From: an uncultured Clostridia bacterium
GTDB taxonomy: Bacteria; Bacillota; Clostridia; TANB77; CAG-508
DNA: 64,000 nucleotides
NCBI GenBank assembly: GCA_963558395.1
Contig: CAUWGE010000002.1
Span: 899-64,898 of the forward strand
Reading direction: 5' to 3'
Below the pieces are notes generated by a model, which had not been told where the DNA came from, ran no database searches, and saw only the letters and a program-made list of their open reading frames with translations. Made by a program: the position numbers and the translations under genes. This document shows positions 21,701 through 29,247 of this stretch, one piece after another (positions within the stretch are counted from its first letter, which is position 1; every line of letters starts with the position of its first letter).

Positions 21701-22904
21701 CTATATCTTTTTCCGAAAATTTAGAAATTTGATAATCATAAAAAATATTTGCTTCTCCTGTACCATCCATATCATAAAAATGTGCATCAATAGAATCACC
21801 AATATTAGAAATTGGCTCCCAAGTAGATTCATAATCAATTTCAGCAGTGTTTTTATTATCTCTAGCATTTTGGTAAGATAGCACAAAATCATATAAGTTG
21901 TCACTTATATCACATGTTTGTTTTATATGTTCTAGTAGTTCTAAATATGGGTATTTTTGGTGTCTAAAGATTGAGGTCTGAATATTCGAGACCTTATTTA
22001 AAAATTCATTAAATTTAAGATTAAAATCAATATCTATTTTAAATGGAACTGTGCTTACAAACATTCCAGAAGTATTTTTTTCAGTAAAATTGCTTCTATT
22101 TAAAACTGGTGTACCTAAAATAGCAGTTTTTGTAGAGTTAATTTTGGCTAAATAAATTGAAAAAATTGCCATAAAAAATGTATAAATAGAGCATTTATTT
22201 TCTTTGCAATATTCTAAAATAGCGTCATAAAGACTTGCTTCAAAAAAACAAATTTTTCGTTTAGAAGCGGAATTACTATTATTTTTATTTTTAGATATAT
22301 AAGTCAGTTCTGGTAAGTTTTCAAAATTACTCTCCCAGAATTCCTTATCTTTTATGAATCTGTTACTTTTTTTATACTCATTGCATGAGGCAATATAGTT
22401 TGTATATAATGGCTTTTTCTCAAAGTTAGTATCATTATGCAAAAGTTTTGTATAAATATCTATGAAAGTTGAGATAAATAGACTCATGCTCCAAGCGTCG
22501 GTAATTAAATGATGAAATATTGGAATAATTCCACCTCTTCCATCAGAAAGAGTAAATAATTTGAATTTATATAAATCCTTATCAATGGTTTCGAAGGGTT
22601 CTGAAATAAGCCTTGTGGTTAAAGCTTTTAAATCATCAATATTATTAAGTGACACGACATCTAGTGTAAAGGGCTTATACTCGGTCAAAAATTGAACTGG
22701 TTTAGCATCTTTTATATCAAAGTGCATACAAGATATTTCAGTAGTTTGCACATAAAGATTTGAGGCCTTTTGCAAAAGAGGAATATTTACTTTTTCATTC
22801 AGTAATAAATATCCACCAATATTATTTATATTGGTACCACTATAAAAGACTTCAGAATTCCAAATGTTTTTTTGCTGGTCTGTTAACTCAAATAAAGAAT
22901 TCAT
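15702..22904 (-). CDS. two-module non-ribosomal peptide synthetase, C-A-T-C-A-T-R, with a terminal thioester reductase
   Basis: C domains HHLITDAWS and HHIICDGTS. A-domain cores IIYTSGSTGKPKGV, YGPSECT, GRQDNQIKLHGLRIELDEI and LIYTSGSTGKPKGV, YGPTETT, GRTDFQVKVRGLRIELGEIE. T domains FDWGMDSLSVI and FFDIGGDSLSAL. C-terminal Rossmann fold VLLVGATGFLGIHV. 2400 aa. Confidence 0.95.
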   Translation of the reverse strand: MNSLFELTDQQKNIWNSEVFYSGTNINNIGGYLLLNEKVNIPLLQKASNLYVQTTEISCMHFDIKDAKPVQFLTEYKPFTLDVVSLNNIDDLKALTTRLISEPFETIDKDLYKFKLFTLSDGRGGIIPIFHHLITDAWSMSLFISTFIDIYTKLLHNDTNFEKKPLYTNYIASCNEYKKSNRFIKDKEFWESNFENLPELTYISKNKNNSNSASKRKICFFEASLYDAILEYCKENKCSIYTFFMAIFSIYLAKINSTKTAILGTPVLNRSNFTEKNTSGMFVSTVPFKIDIDFNLKFNEFLNKVSNIQTSIFRHQKYPYLELLEHIKQTCDISDNLYDFVLSYQNARDNKNTAEIDYESTWEPISNIGDSIDAHFYDMDGTGEANIFYDYQISKFSEKDIDLLHSRICEMAKFALQNPQISNIEVTSPEDNKIISDFNNTSFKYDKNTSLISLFSKVVKLNENSPAIIFKGAKLTFKELDEKSNQVANLLLNYGIEKQDSVGIMFNRSFDLLIAIWGVLKVGASYMLIDPSLPQDRVQYMLENASSKLVLTNLYINYPSINIEHRKQFSTCFSPADSSNDDRFCIIYTSGSTGKPKGVELKRIGIINMLNSYKQLLKTNDCKNFLSTSTVAFDMFIVENFVSILDGKTVVLADEEEQKIPAFTSKLIKENHVDFILSTPSKISLLLEEPDCLKDVKVIQLGGEVFKPSLYKRLRENTSAKIYNGYGPSECTACASNKKVKDDNITIGKPFLNTEIYIMNKFGNILPSGVCGEIVIKGDGVGKGYVNKFDFNGTYHTGDLGILSSDGELIYLGRQDNQIKLHGLRIELDEITSKIMQIPEVTNAISVIKKVNNIDCICSYIKADSKLDENYVKDFIARSLPKYMIPSHIMQLSIFPITLNGKIDTKNLPEIQIIHEHFVPCETDFEKKLENILKPILDTDKISATANIFDWGMDSLSVIRLVSEIYSTLNIKLNIQDIYNMPSIKELSSLLEEKNSSSYQKIVIKKHKEADSYPVSSAQRRIFYTVNMETESLAYNTPFGVKFRSKPDISKLEKCLAQILNMHDAFKTYFVLENNDVVQKLVKNIDFHLTVNEYDNENFIRPFDLSKAPLVHVELDHFDDSYLLKLDIHHIICDGTSISIFAKELCDLYNGNQILKSELDYIDYAVSETISEDDKLYWKEQFSAGIPLLNMPTEFERTNIKSEEGSNVYASLDKLSDISTLCKKYNITPYMFFLSCFYILLYKYTMQNDITVGSPVIGRNSPEISNVIGMFVNTLPLKQNIHSASRFSVFLEAVKKNCLNAFNHQTYPFDDLVKTLNVIRDPSRSPIFDVLFTYESGGRPSFSFDGEEVEYVIPENKTSKFDFSLEITPISSGYNFRLEYSTNLYSEKFMKTLLDCYFNIINSCLVNPDIQISKIQMLSKIPYIYPTLDYPRDFRVIDMFENQVKLTPNKIALVCKNEQYTYKELEVKINRLANKLRTFGKKDVIGIMMNRSNNLIISMLAILKSGAGYLPIDPTYPEERVSYIIENSGVDLILTENNLKDLIPTNYLLVDDKANYLPYSEFNTEQGPKDLAYLIYTSGSTGKPKGVMIKQYNVVNFIYGCLERMPLEGKTIVSITTMCFDIFVFESLLPLCTGMKVVMATNDEQNNPILLNELCLKNNVDVIQTTPSKFKLLINDELPYLKELKIVSLIGEPFPLELLKRIKELSDTEVYNMYGPTETTVGSTLKDLTNTNDITIGTPLANTHVLVLDNDMNFVPYYVPGTLYIGGDGVTLGYKNRPELTSEKFIKYNNEIIYNSGDLAKLLPNGELICLGRTDFQVKVRGLRIELGEIERAICSYEGISDAVVTVKTINNRELLCGYFVASGRVPYSTLKKALAKKLPNYMVPNYMLQLESFKYTPNGKIDRKALPDPVFKTAAIVRPKSELESKILNIWRDILSLEEISTEDNFFDIGGDSLSALKMQIELMKNNITVNYGDIFKNNTIHDLANFVENNSTTENLPTYTPKDFKKIDKLLKKNSAFGALKLKQKIIKNVLLVGATGFLGIHVLAELLKIDDIKIYCLIREDPSTSPENKLKRKFQYYFGSDLSNLFGTRLFVISGDITNDKFKVSNEIYNFLGKEVSSVINCAASVKHYGYYKDFEKINVTGAKNLVKFCEEFNKELYHTSTISVSGNTLTGVPSTFKLNKIISFGETNLFIKQPLDNVYVRSKFEAEKFILDEISSKKLKGVILRIGNITNRYSDGKFQENSNDNAFLNRLKAFIYLKEIPLSLLDKYVEFSPVDKIAESIVVCMKYYTSPMSVLHLYNSKHLFIQKFIEYLNNLGYDISVVDDFIFNRHLNNVLFNSSNSDKVSVLLNDLNKDKQLLYKTNLKITNTFTLKFLDKADFYWPEITKEYIEKILKNI

Positions 22905-23019
22905 TTTTTATACCTCTTGTATTATTAAATTTTAAACATATTATATATATTATTAATGCAAAATGCAATAATAAATGAACATTAAAGTAATAAATTTACG
23001 AGTAAAAGTCAAATATAGA

Positions 23020-23048
23020 TTGACTTAATTTACATAATGATATATAAT
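23020..23048 (+). promoter_or_regulatory. sigma-A-type promoter (TTGACT-17-TATAAT) for the cysteine-rich ORF
   Basis: TTGACT at 23020-23025, a 17-nt spacer, TATAAT at 23043-23048. Confidence 0.45.
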
Positions 23049-23114
23049 TAAAGAGTAACTTGTAGACAAAAAAAGAGAGAAATCTCTGAACTATTATTTA
23101 AGAAAGGGACAATA

Positions 23115-23687
23115 ATGGACACTACAAACAAAAACTTAAATTCAAAAAGCCGCTATGAGTTAAAAATTGAAGGAGAAAATATTACGCTCCTTCAGATTCT
23201 TCCCGAAAAGAGGGAATATCCTTTAAAACGGGTAAGTAAAGAGCTCGTAAGAGCTCAGAGAAAAGAGAAAATTCCTTCCTTCATTTTGAAACTGGGAGAG
23301 GAGTTATATTACTCAGAAATAGCGAAAGACAGTGCTTTTTCGTCTACTGACCTCTTACAGAATCCGCATAAATGTGGAGAATGTGACAGAATGAACTGCT
23401 GTAGTGACGAATGCGGTGGATGCAAGAAGGTTCGAGACGGATGTTTTGGAATTGAAAACTATCCATTTATAATAAGAGGATATGAAACAATTTTTATTGA
23501 GTTTTCATGTTTTGTAGTTAGTGAATGTACTAACTACGAAAGACCAAAAAAGAAAAAGAAAACGCATTTCGACTGCAGATTTTTTTCACAAATTAACGAA
23601 AACACATGTGCATGCAGTAAAACAGGATTTAAGAAAAGAATTAATCCCAGTGAAAACTGCAAAAATTGTCCTGTATTAAATAAGTGA
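23115..23687 (+). CDS. cysteine-rich hypothetical protein with atypical, GC-richer codon usage
   Basis: 190 aa with 17 Cys, including CGECDRMNCCSDECGGCKKVRDGC. Frequent CTC/CCG/CGG/GAC codons that are rare elsewhere in the window. Has its own promoter and terminator. Confidence 0.5.
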   Translation: MDTTNKNLNSKSRYELKIEGENITLLQILPEKREYPLKRVSKELVRAQRKEKIPSFILKLGEELYYSEIAKDSAFSSTDLLQNPHKCGECDRMNCCSDECGGCKKVRDGCFGIENYPFIIRGYETIFIEFSCFVVSECTNYERPKKKKKTHFDCRFFSQINENTCACSKTGFKKRINPSENCKNCPVLNK

Positions 23688-23689
23688 GA

Positions 23690-23726
23690 AAAGGATCCTT
23701 GCCGTTTGGCAAGGGTCCTTTTCAGA
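23690..23726 (+). terminator. rho-independent terminator
   Basis: AAGGATCCTTGCC-gtttg-GGCAAGGGTCCTTTTC: a perfect GC-rich hairpin followed by a T-run. Confidence 0.7.
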
Positions 23727-23845
23727 ATTAATATAAAAAATGCAAAATAAAAAGGCATCTTAGATATAAAATGAAGATAAAATATTGAAAAATATAAAAA
23801 ATTGGTATATTATACAATTAATAAAAAATAATGGAGGAAATATGT

Positions 23846-25588
23846 ATGAGTGAAGAATCAAACTTAATACCAAAAATGAATAATTATAGAGAAATATTAG
23901 AATATGTACAAAAAAATTATGCAGACAATATTGCATATAAATATAAAGAAAATATAATAAAAGATCCACCTAAATATATAGAAAAAAAATATAGTCAAGT
24001 AGTAAAAGATGTAAAAGCACTTGCAACTGCTCTTTTAGACCTGGGCTTTAAGGGAAAGAGGATCGCACTAATTGGTGAAAATAGATATGAGTGGTGCATT
24101 AGTTATTTAGCTGTTACTTGTGGAGGGATGGTAATTGCACCTATGGACAAGTTACTTCCAGATAAAGAAATAACATCTTTGGTAAAAAGAAGTGAAGTTG
24201 ATGCAGTTATTTATGAGAAAAAACATGAAGAACTATTCAAAAAATTAAAAAATGATGGAGAAATAAAGCTAAATACTATAATTTGTATAGATGCAGATGA
24301 AGATGATGAAGATCCAGCAGTAACAAAACTTGAAGATTTAATAAAAAAAGGAAGAAAATTAATAAAAGAAAAAAGTAAACTATATGATGAAGTAGAAATA
24401 GACAATGATGCAATGTCTATAATGCTATTTACATCTGGAACAACAGCAAATGCTAAAATTGTAATGTTATCACAAAATAATATTTGTTCTAATATATATG
24501 CATATCAAAATCACTTTAAAATAAAAGAAGATGACACTTTGTTATCATTTTTACCAATACATCATACCTTTGAAAGCAGTATAACAATATTATATGGATT
24601 TTATAGTGGAGCTACAATTGCATTTTGTGATGGTTTAAGATATATTCAAACAAATTTAAAGGAATATGAAGTATCAATATTTGTTGCTGTACCTTTAGTT
24701 TTAGAAACAATGTATAAAAAAATAAAAAAGGGAATACAAGACCAAGGAAAAACAAAATTAATAGAGACTGTAACTAAAATATCAAATACATTATTAAAAG
24801 CTCATATTGATTTAAGAAAGGTACTTTTCAAAAAAATTACTGATAACTTTGGTGGAAAACTTAGAATGGTACTTTATGGAGCAGCATCTTTAGATAAAGA
24901 TACAATTATAGGATTAAATAATTTTGGAATAAATTCAATTCAAGGCTATGGATTAACTGAAACATCACCTGTACTTACAGCAGAATCAGAAGAAAAGCAT
25001 TGTCCTGGTTCAATAGGATATCCTTTGGACAATGTTGAAATAAAAATTCATAATCCAGATAATGGGGGCGTTGGAGAAATATATGCTAAAGGACCAAACA
25101 TTATGCTAGGATATTATGGAGACGAGAAGAAAACAAAAGAGACTTTTGATGACGGATGGTTTAAAACAGGAGATTATGGATATATAAATAGGGATGGATT
25201 CGTATTTGTAACAGGAAGAAAAAATGATATTATAGTACTTAAAAATGGAAAGAATGTGTATCCACAAGAAATAGAAACATTGATTGCAAAATTACCATAT
25301 GTAGCAGAGTGCATGGTATTTTCAAGAGAAGCAAATTCAACAGATACAATGCTTGTTGCAAAAATTGTATACAATAAAGAAGAGATGGAAAAAGATTATC
25401 CAGATAAAAAAGGAGATTATGAGAAAATAATTTGGAAAGACATAAAAGAAATAAATAAGACATTACCAACTTTTAAGCATATTAAAAAAATCATTGTAAC
25501 AGATAAGCCAATGATAAAGACAACTACACAAAAGGTTAAAAGATATGAAGAAATAAGAAAAACAGAAAGAGAAATGGATAAAGCTTAA
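23846..25588 (+). CDS. long-chain fatty-acid--CoA ligase (AMP-binding/ANL superfamily)
   Basis: AMP-binding motifs LFTSGTTANAKIV, YGLTETS and GWFKTGDYGYI. GGAGG precedes the ATG at 23846. Confidence 0.85.
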   Translation: MSEESNLIPKMNNYREILEYVQKNYADNIAYKYKENIIKDPPKYIEKKYSQVVKDVKALATALLDLGFKGKRIALIGENRYEWCISYLAVTCGGMVIAPMDKLLPDKEITSLVKRSEVDAVIYEKKHEELFKKLKNDGEIKLNTIICIDADEDDEDPAVTKLEDLIKKGRKLIKEKSKLYDEVEIDNDAMSIMLFTSGTTANAKIVMLSQNNICSNIYAYQNHFKIKEDDTLLSFLPIHHTFESSITILYGFYSGATIAFCDGLRYIQTNLKEYEVSIFVAVPLVLETMYKKIKKGIQDQGKTKLIETVTKISNTLLKAHIDLRKVLFKKITDNFGGKLRMVLYGAASLDKDTIIGLNNFGINSIQGYGLTETSPVLTAESEEKHCPGSIGYPLDNVEIKIHNPDNGGVGEIYAKGPNIMLGYYGDEKKTKETFDDGWFKTGDYGYINRDGFVFVTGRKNDIIVLKNGKNVYPQEIETLIAKLPYVAECMVFSREANSTDTMLVAKIVYNKEEMEKDYPDKKGDYEKIIWKDIKEINKTLPTFKHIKKIIVTDKPMIKTTTQKVKRYEEIRKTEREMDKA

Positions 25589-25735
25589 TAAAAAATTAAG
25601 GGAAAGTTAAAGTAAAAATAAAAAGTATTAGTTATAATATGCTTAGAAAAAACGCTAAAAGGATAATCTTTTAAAATAAAGAAACACATTTGCTAATTGT
25701 GATTGCTTTTAGCTAAAGAGGAAAGGAAAATTAAT

Positions 25736-26785
25736 ATGGAAAAAAAGAAAATAGGAGTAGTATTTGGAGGATGTAGTCCAGAACATAATGTGTCTTTAGA
25801 AAGTGCATATAGTGTGATAACAAATATAAATAGAGAAAAATATGATATAGTATTAATAGGAATAACAGAGGATGGAAATTGGTATAAATTTAATGGTAAT
25901 GCAGAAGAAATAAAAAATAATACATGGGAAAATGGAGACTGTGAGAAAGCGATTTTATCATGTAATAGAGAAGACAAGGGAATAATCTGTTTTAAAAATG
26001 GTAATTGTGAAAAAATAAAATTAGATGCAATTTTTCCAGTATTACACGGAGAAAATGGAGAAGATGGGTCTATTCAAGGATTAATCAAATTAGCCGGAAT
26101 ACCTTTAATTGGATGTGGAATTTTAGCCTCAAGTGTAGGAATGGATAAATATGTATCACATAAATTAGTAGAAAGCTATGGAATAAAAGTTGCAAAAAAT
26201 ATAACAATAGACAAAAGTGCTACTGAAAATGAAATTAAGGAAAAAATAAAAGAGTTAGGATATCCTGTATTTGTAAAACCAATGAGGGCAGGTTCATCAT
26301 TTGGAATTACTAAAGTAGAAAGAGAAGAACAAATAGCAAAAGCCTTAGAAGAAGCATTCAAATATGATACAGAAGTTATTATTGAAGAAAACATAGACGG
26401 AAATGAAATTGGGTGTGCTGTGCTTGGAAATGAAAAACTAACAGTTGGAGAAGTGGATGAAATAGAATTGAGTGATGGATTTTTTGATTTTACAGAAAAG
26501 TATACACTGAAAACATCTAAAATTTACGTTCCAGCAAGAATAAGTGAGGAAAAGGCAATAGAAGCAAAAGAAATTGCAAAGAAAATATATAAAATATTAA
26601 AATGTAAAGACTTTGCAAGAGTAGATATGTTTTTAAGCAAAAATGGAGAAATATATTTTAATGAAATAAACTCAATACCAGGATTTACATCACACAGTAG
26701 ATATCCTAGTATGATGAAGGAAGTAGGACTAGACTTTAGTAGCCTTATAGAAAAACTTATAGAAATGAATATACAAAAAAATTAA
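25736..26785 (+). CDS. ddl: D-alanine--D-alanine ligase (DdlA/Van-ligase family)
   Basis: KIGVVFGGCSPEHNVSLESA, LHGENGEDGSIQGL, YPVFVKPMRAGSSFG, GFFDFTEKY, NEINSIPGFTSHSRYP. Collinear with E. coli DdlA and the VanA/B/G ligases. The specificity loop is Ddl-like. Confidence 0.85.
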   Translation: MEKKKIGVVFGGCSPEHNVSLESAYSVITNINREKYDIVLIGITEDGNWYKFNGNAEEIKNNTWENGDCEKAILSCNREDKGIICFKNGNCEKIKLDAIFPVLHGENGEDGSIQGLIKLAGIPLIGCGILASSVGMDKYVSHKLVESYGIKVAKNITIDKSATENEIKEKIKELGYPVFVKPMRAGSSFGITKVEREEQIAKALEEAFKYDTEVIIEENIDGNEIGCAVLGNEKLTVGEVDEIELSDGFFDFTEKYTLKTSKIYVPARISEEKAIEAKEIAKKIYKILKCKDFARVDMFLSKNGEIYFNEINSIPGFTSHSRYPSMMKEVGLDFSSLIEKLIEMNIQKN

Positions 26786-26877
26786 ATTAAAAGTATAATA
26801 ATAGGGAGGGAAATGAATACCTCCCTAAGATTTATTATTTATAACATATAATCTAAAGTATGGAAAGGAAGTTTAGA

Positions 26878-27984
26878 ATGAAAGATAGAGTGTGGGTAGA
26901 AATCAGTAAAGAAAACTTAGAAAACAATATAAATGAAATAAGAAAAATAATGCCTACAAAAGCGAAAATGATGGCTGTTGTAAAAGCAAACGCATATGGC
27001 CATGGAATAATAAATATATCAAAAATGTTAAACAAACTTAATGTAAAGAATTTTGCAGTAGCAACACTTGACGAAGCAATTACATTAAAGAAAAATAAAA
27101 TTAGAGGAAATATACTAATTTTAGGATATACAGACTTTAGTAGAATTAATGAAGTAATTAGATATAATCTAATTCAAACAATTGTAGATGAGGAATATGC
27201 AGAAAAAATAGACAAAATGGAACTAAAAGACAAACTAAGATGCCATGTAAAGATAAATACAGGAATGAATAGAATCGGGGAAGGATTCTGCAACATAGAT
27301 GAACTAGAAAAAATATATAAAATGAAAAATTTAAGTCCAGAAGGTATATTCTCACATTTATGTGTTTCAGATAGTATGAAAGAAGATGACATAAAATTTA
27401 CAAAAGCTCAAATAGACAAATTCTTTTATGCAACGAGGCACCTAGAAGCAAGAGAAATAAATGTAGGAAAAAAACACATACAAGCAAGTTATGGAATAAT
27501 AAACTACCAAGACTTAAAATGTGATTATGTAAGGCCAGGGATAATAATGTATGGTGTACATAGTGGAGAAATAATGAATCCAATAAACTTAAAACCAGTA
27601 TTAAAATTAAAAGCAAGAATTGCAAGTGTAAAAGAAATTGGTGAAGAAGAATATGTGAGTTATGGAAGAACATATAAAGCAACTGAAAAAAGAAAAATAG
27701 CAACCATTACTATTGGATACGCAGATGGATATCCAAGAAGTTTATCAAGTAAAGGAGCAAAAGTTTTAATAAACGGAAAATATGCAACTATAATAGGCAG
27801 AATATGTATGGACCAATGTATAGCCGATGTTACAGACATAGAGAATGTAAAACAAGGAGATGAAGTAACACTAATAGGAGAAGAAAAAGAAATTTCAGCA
27901 GAAAATGTAGCAAATTTAGCTGGGACGATTGCAAATGAATTACTTTGTAGATTAGGTCCTAGAATAAAAATTGTAGAGGTATAG
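26878..27984 (+). CDS. alr: alanine racemase
   Basis: PLP-lysine motif VVKANAYGHG and the C-terminal SYGIINY...DYVRPGIIMYG motif. A GGAAAGGAAG RBS precedes the ATG at 26878. Confidence 0.85.
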   Translation: MKDRVWVEISKENLENNINEIRKIMPTKAKMMAVVKANAYGHGIINISKMLNKLNVKNFAVATLDEAITLKKNKIRGNILILGYTDFSRINEVIRYNLIQTIVDEEYAEKIDKMELKDKLRCHVKINTGMNRIGEGFCNIDELEKIYKMKNLSPEGIFSHLCVSDSMKEDDIKFTKAQIDKFFYATRHLEAREINVGKKHIQASYGIINYQDLKCDYVRPGIIMYGVHSGEIMNPINLKPVLKLKARIASVKEIGEEEYVSYGRTYKATEKRKIATITIGYADGYPRSLSSKGAKVLINGKYATIIGRICMDQCIADVTDIENVKQGDEVTLIGEEKEISAENVANLAGTIANELLCRLGPRIKIVEV

Positions 27985-28165
27985 AAAGTATTGAAATATA
28001 GGTGCCGTATAAATATGAGCATGTATAGATATGGGATTTATAGTGTTTGAAATTATATAGATATTGGAAACGTAGCAATTGTTAGAAATAAAATATACAC
28101 TTGTAAGTTTTATGTAAATATGGTATAATCAAAGAATCTTATATTTTGGAAAAGGAGGAAAATCC

Positions 28166-28735
28166 ATGAAAGAGGTAAACCGGAAATTAACAAAAGTATC
28201 AAGGATAGTAATGGAAAAGAAAAATGTATTTATAATTCTTTTCTCAATAGTCTTAGGAATATTCCTAATTGATATTCGAAAGAAGCATAATTGTGAGATA
28301 AGTATATGGCAACTATTAATGTTGTATATTGTAATCATAGTTACTATAAGTATTTGTTGCAGGATTATAGAACATATAAGAACATGGCATATAATAAATA
28401 AAAGTGATGTAATAATAGTGGAAGATGTAAGTGTGTTAGACCTAATCTGGGCAATGAAAGACTTCTTAAAAGATACCGTTATATTGCTTCCGAAAAATGG
28501 TCGTGTGGTGGATAAAAATCCAAAAGATGTATTTAGTGAAGCTGGATATGAACCATATAGGGGGTTTGTGAAAGAAGCGGTGCAAAATATTAACAGCTAT
28601 CAAATGCCAATACTCATAATTATGAAAAAACGGGAAAAACTTAAAATGGATTGGAACAATCTATCTCATGTGTATATACGAAAGATAGATAAAAGAGAGT
28701 GGAAGAATGTATTGAAAAAGGCATATTACCACTGA
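28166..28735 (+). CDS. hypothetical membrane protein
   Basis: 189 aa with two N-terminal TM helices. RBS AAGGAGG. Confidence 0.4.
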   Translation: MKEVNRKLTKVSRIVMEKKNVFIILFSIVLGIFLIDIRKKHNCEISIWQLLMLYIVIIVTISICCRIIEHIRTWHIINKSDVIIVEDVSVLDLIWAMKDFLKDTVILLPKNGRVVDKNPKDVFSEAGYEPYRGFVKEAVQNINSYQMPILIIMKKREKLKMDWNNLSHVYIRKIDKREWKNVLKKAYYH

Positions 28736-28911
28736 GTTTTCAAAAAAAGAGAATATAGGGGCTGCTTTATCCAGATTTCTGGGTAAGCAAGCCTTCTTTT
28801 TATAGAATAATAATAAAGATATATTTCAAAAGCTTATAAAATTAATAAAATATTAAACTTTTACTTTGCTTGTATTGAAATTATTTAAAAATCAGTGTAT
28901 AATATACTCAT

Positions 28912-28988
<77 letters not shown>

Positions 28989-29247
28989 AGTTAAAATAGA
29001 TAAATAAATCCTTGTAATTACTGAAATACCAGCATTGCAAGGATTTGTTTTATAAGTAATGCAAATTTTCTAACTAAAATAATGTACTCATGGCATTTTT
29101 GTTGGCAAGATTTGTTCTTTTCCTTTGAAGCATATCATGAAATAAAATTATAAAGGAAAAAGTATTTACAACAAATTTAAATTGGTATATAATGTAAATA
29201 ATTAATTCAATAAATTTTATCTAAACATCCCCAAAAGAAAGGAATAA

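Noticed and set aside
15808-22978. Multiple 60-90-aa ORFs on the plus strand inside the NRPS gene (e.g. 15808..16032, 17002..17238, 20815..21069, 21645..21881)
   Set aside because: They are antisense to a long gene with continuous domain homology. They have low-complexity translations and no RBS, as expected for chance ORFs in AT-rich DNA.
25736-26785. Possible VanA/VanG-type vancomycin-resistance ligase, given the strong motif similarity to VanA
   Set aside because: The same motifs are shared with housekeeping DdlA. The specificity loop reads GFFDFTEKY (Ddl-like), not the VanA D-Lac loop. There is no vanR/vanS, vanH or vanXY context. The adjacent racemase lacks a VanT membrane domain.
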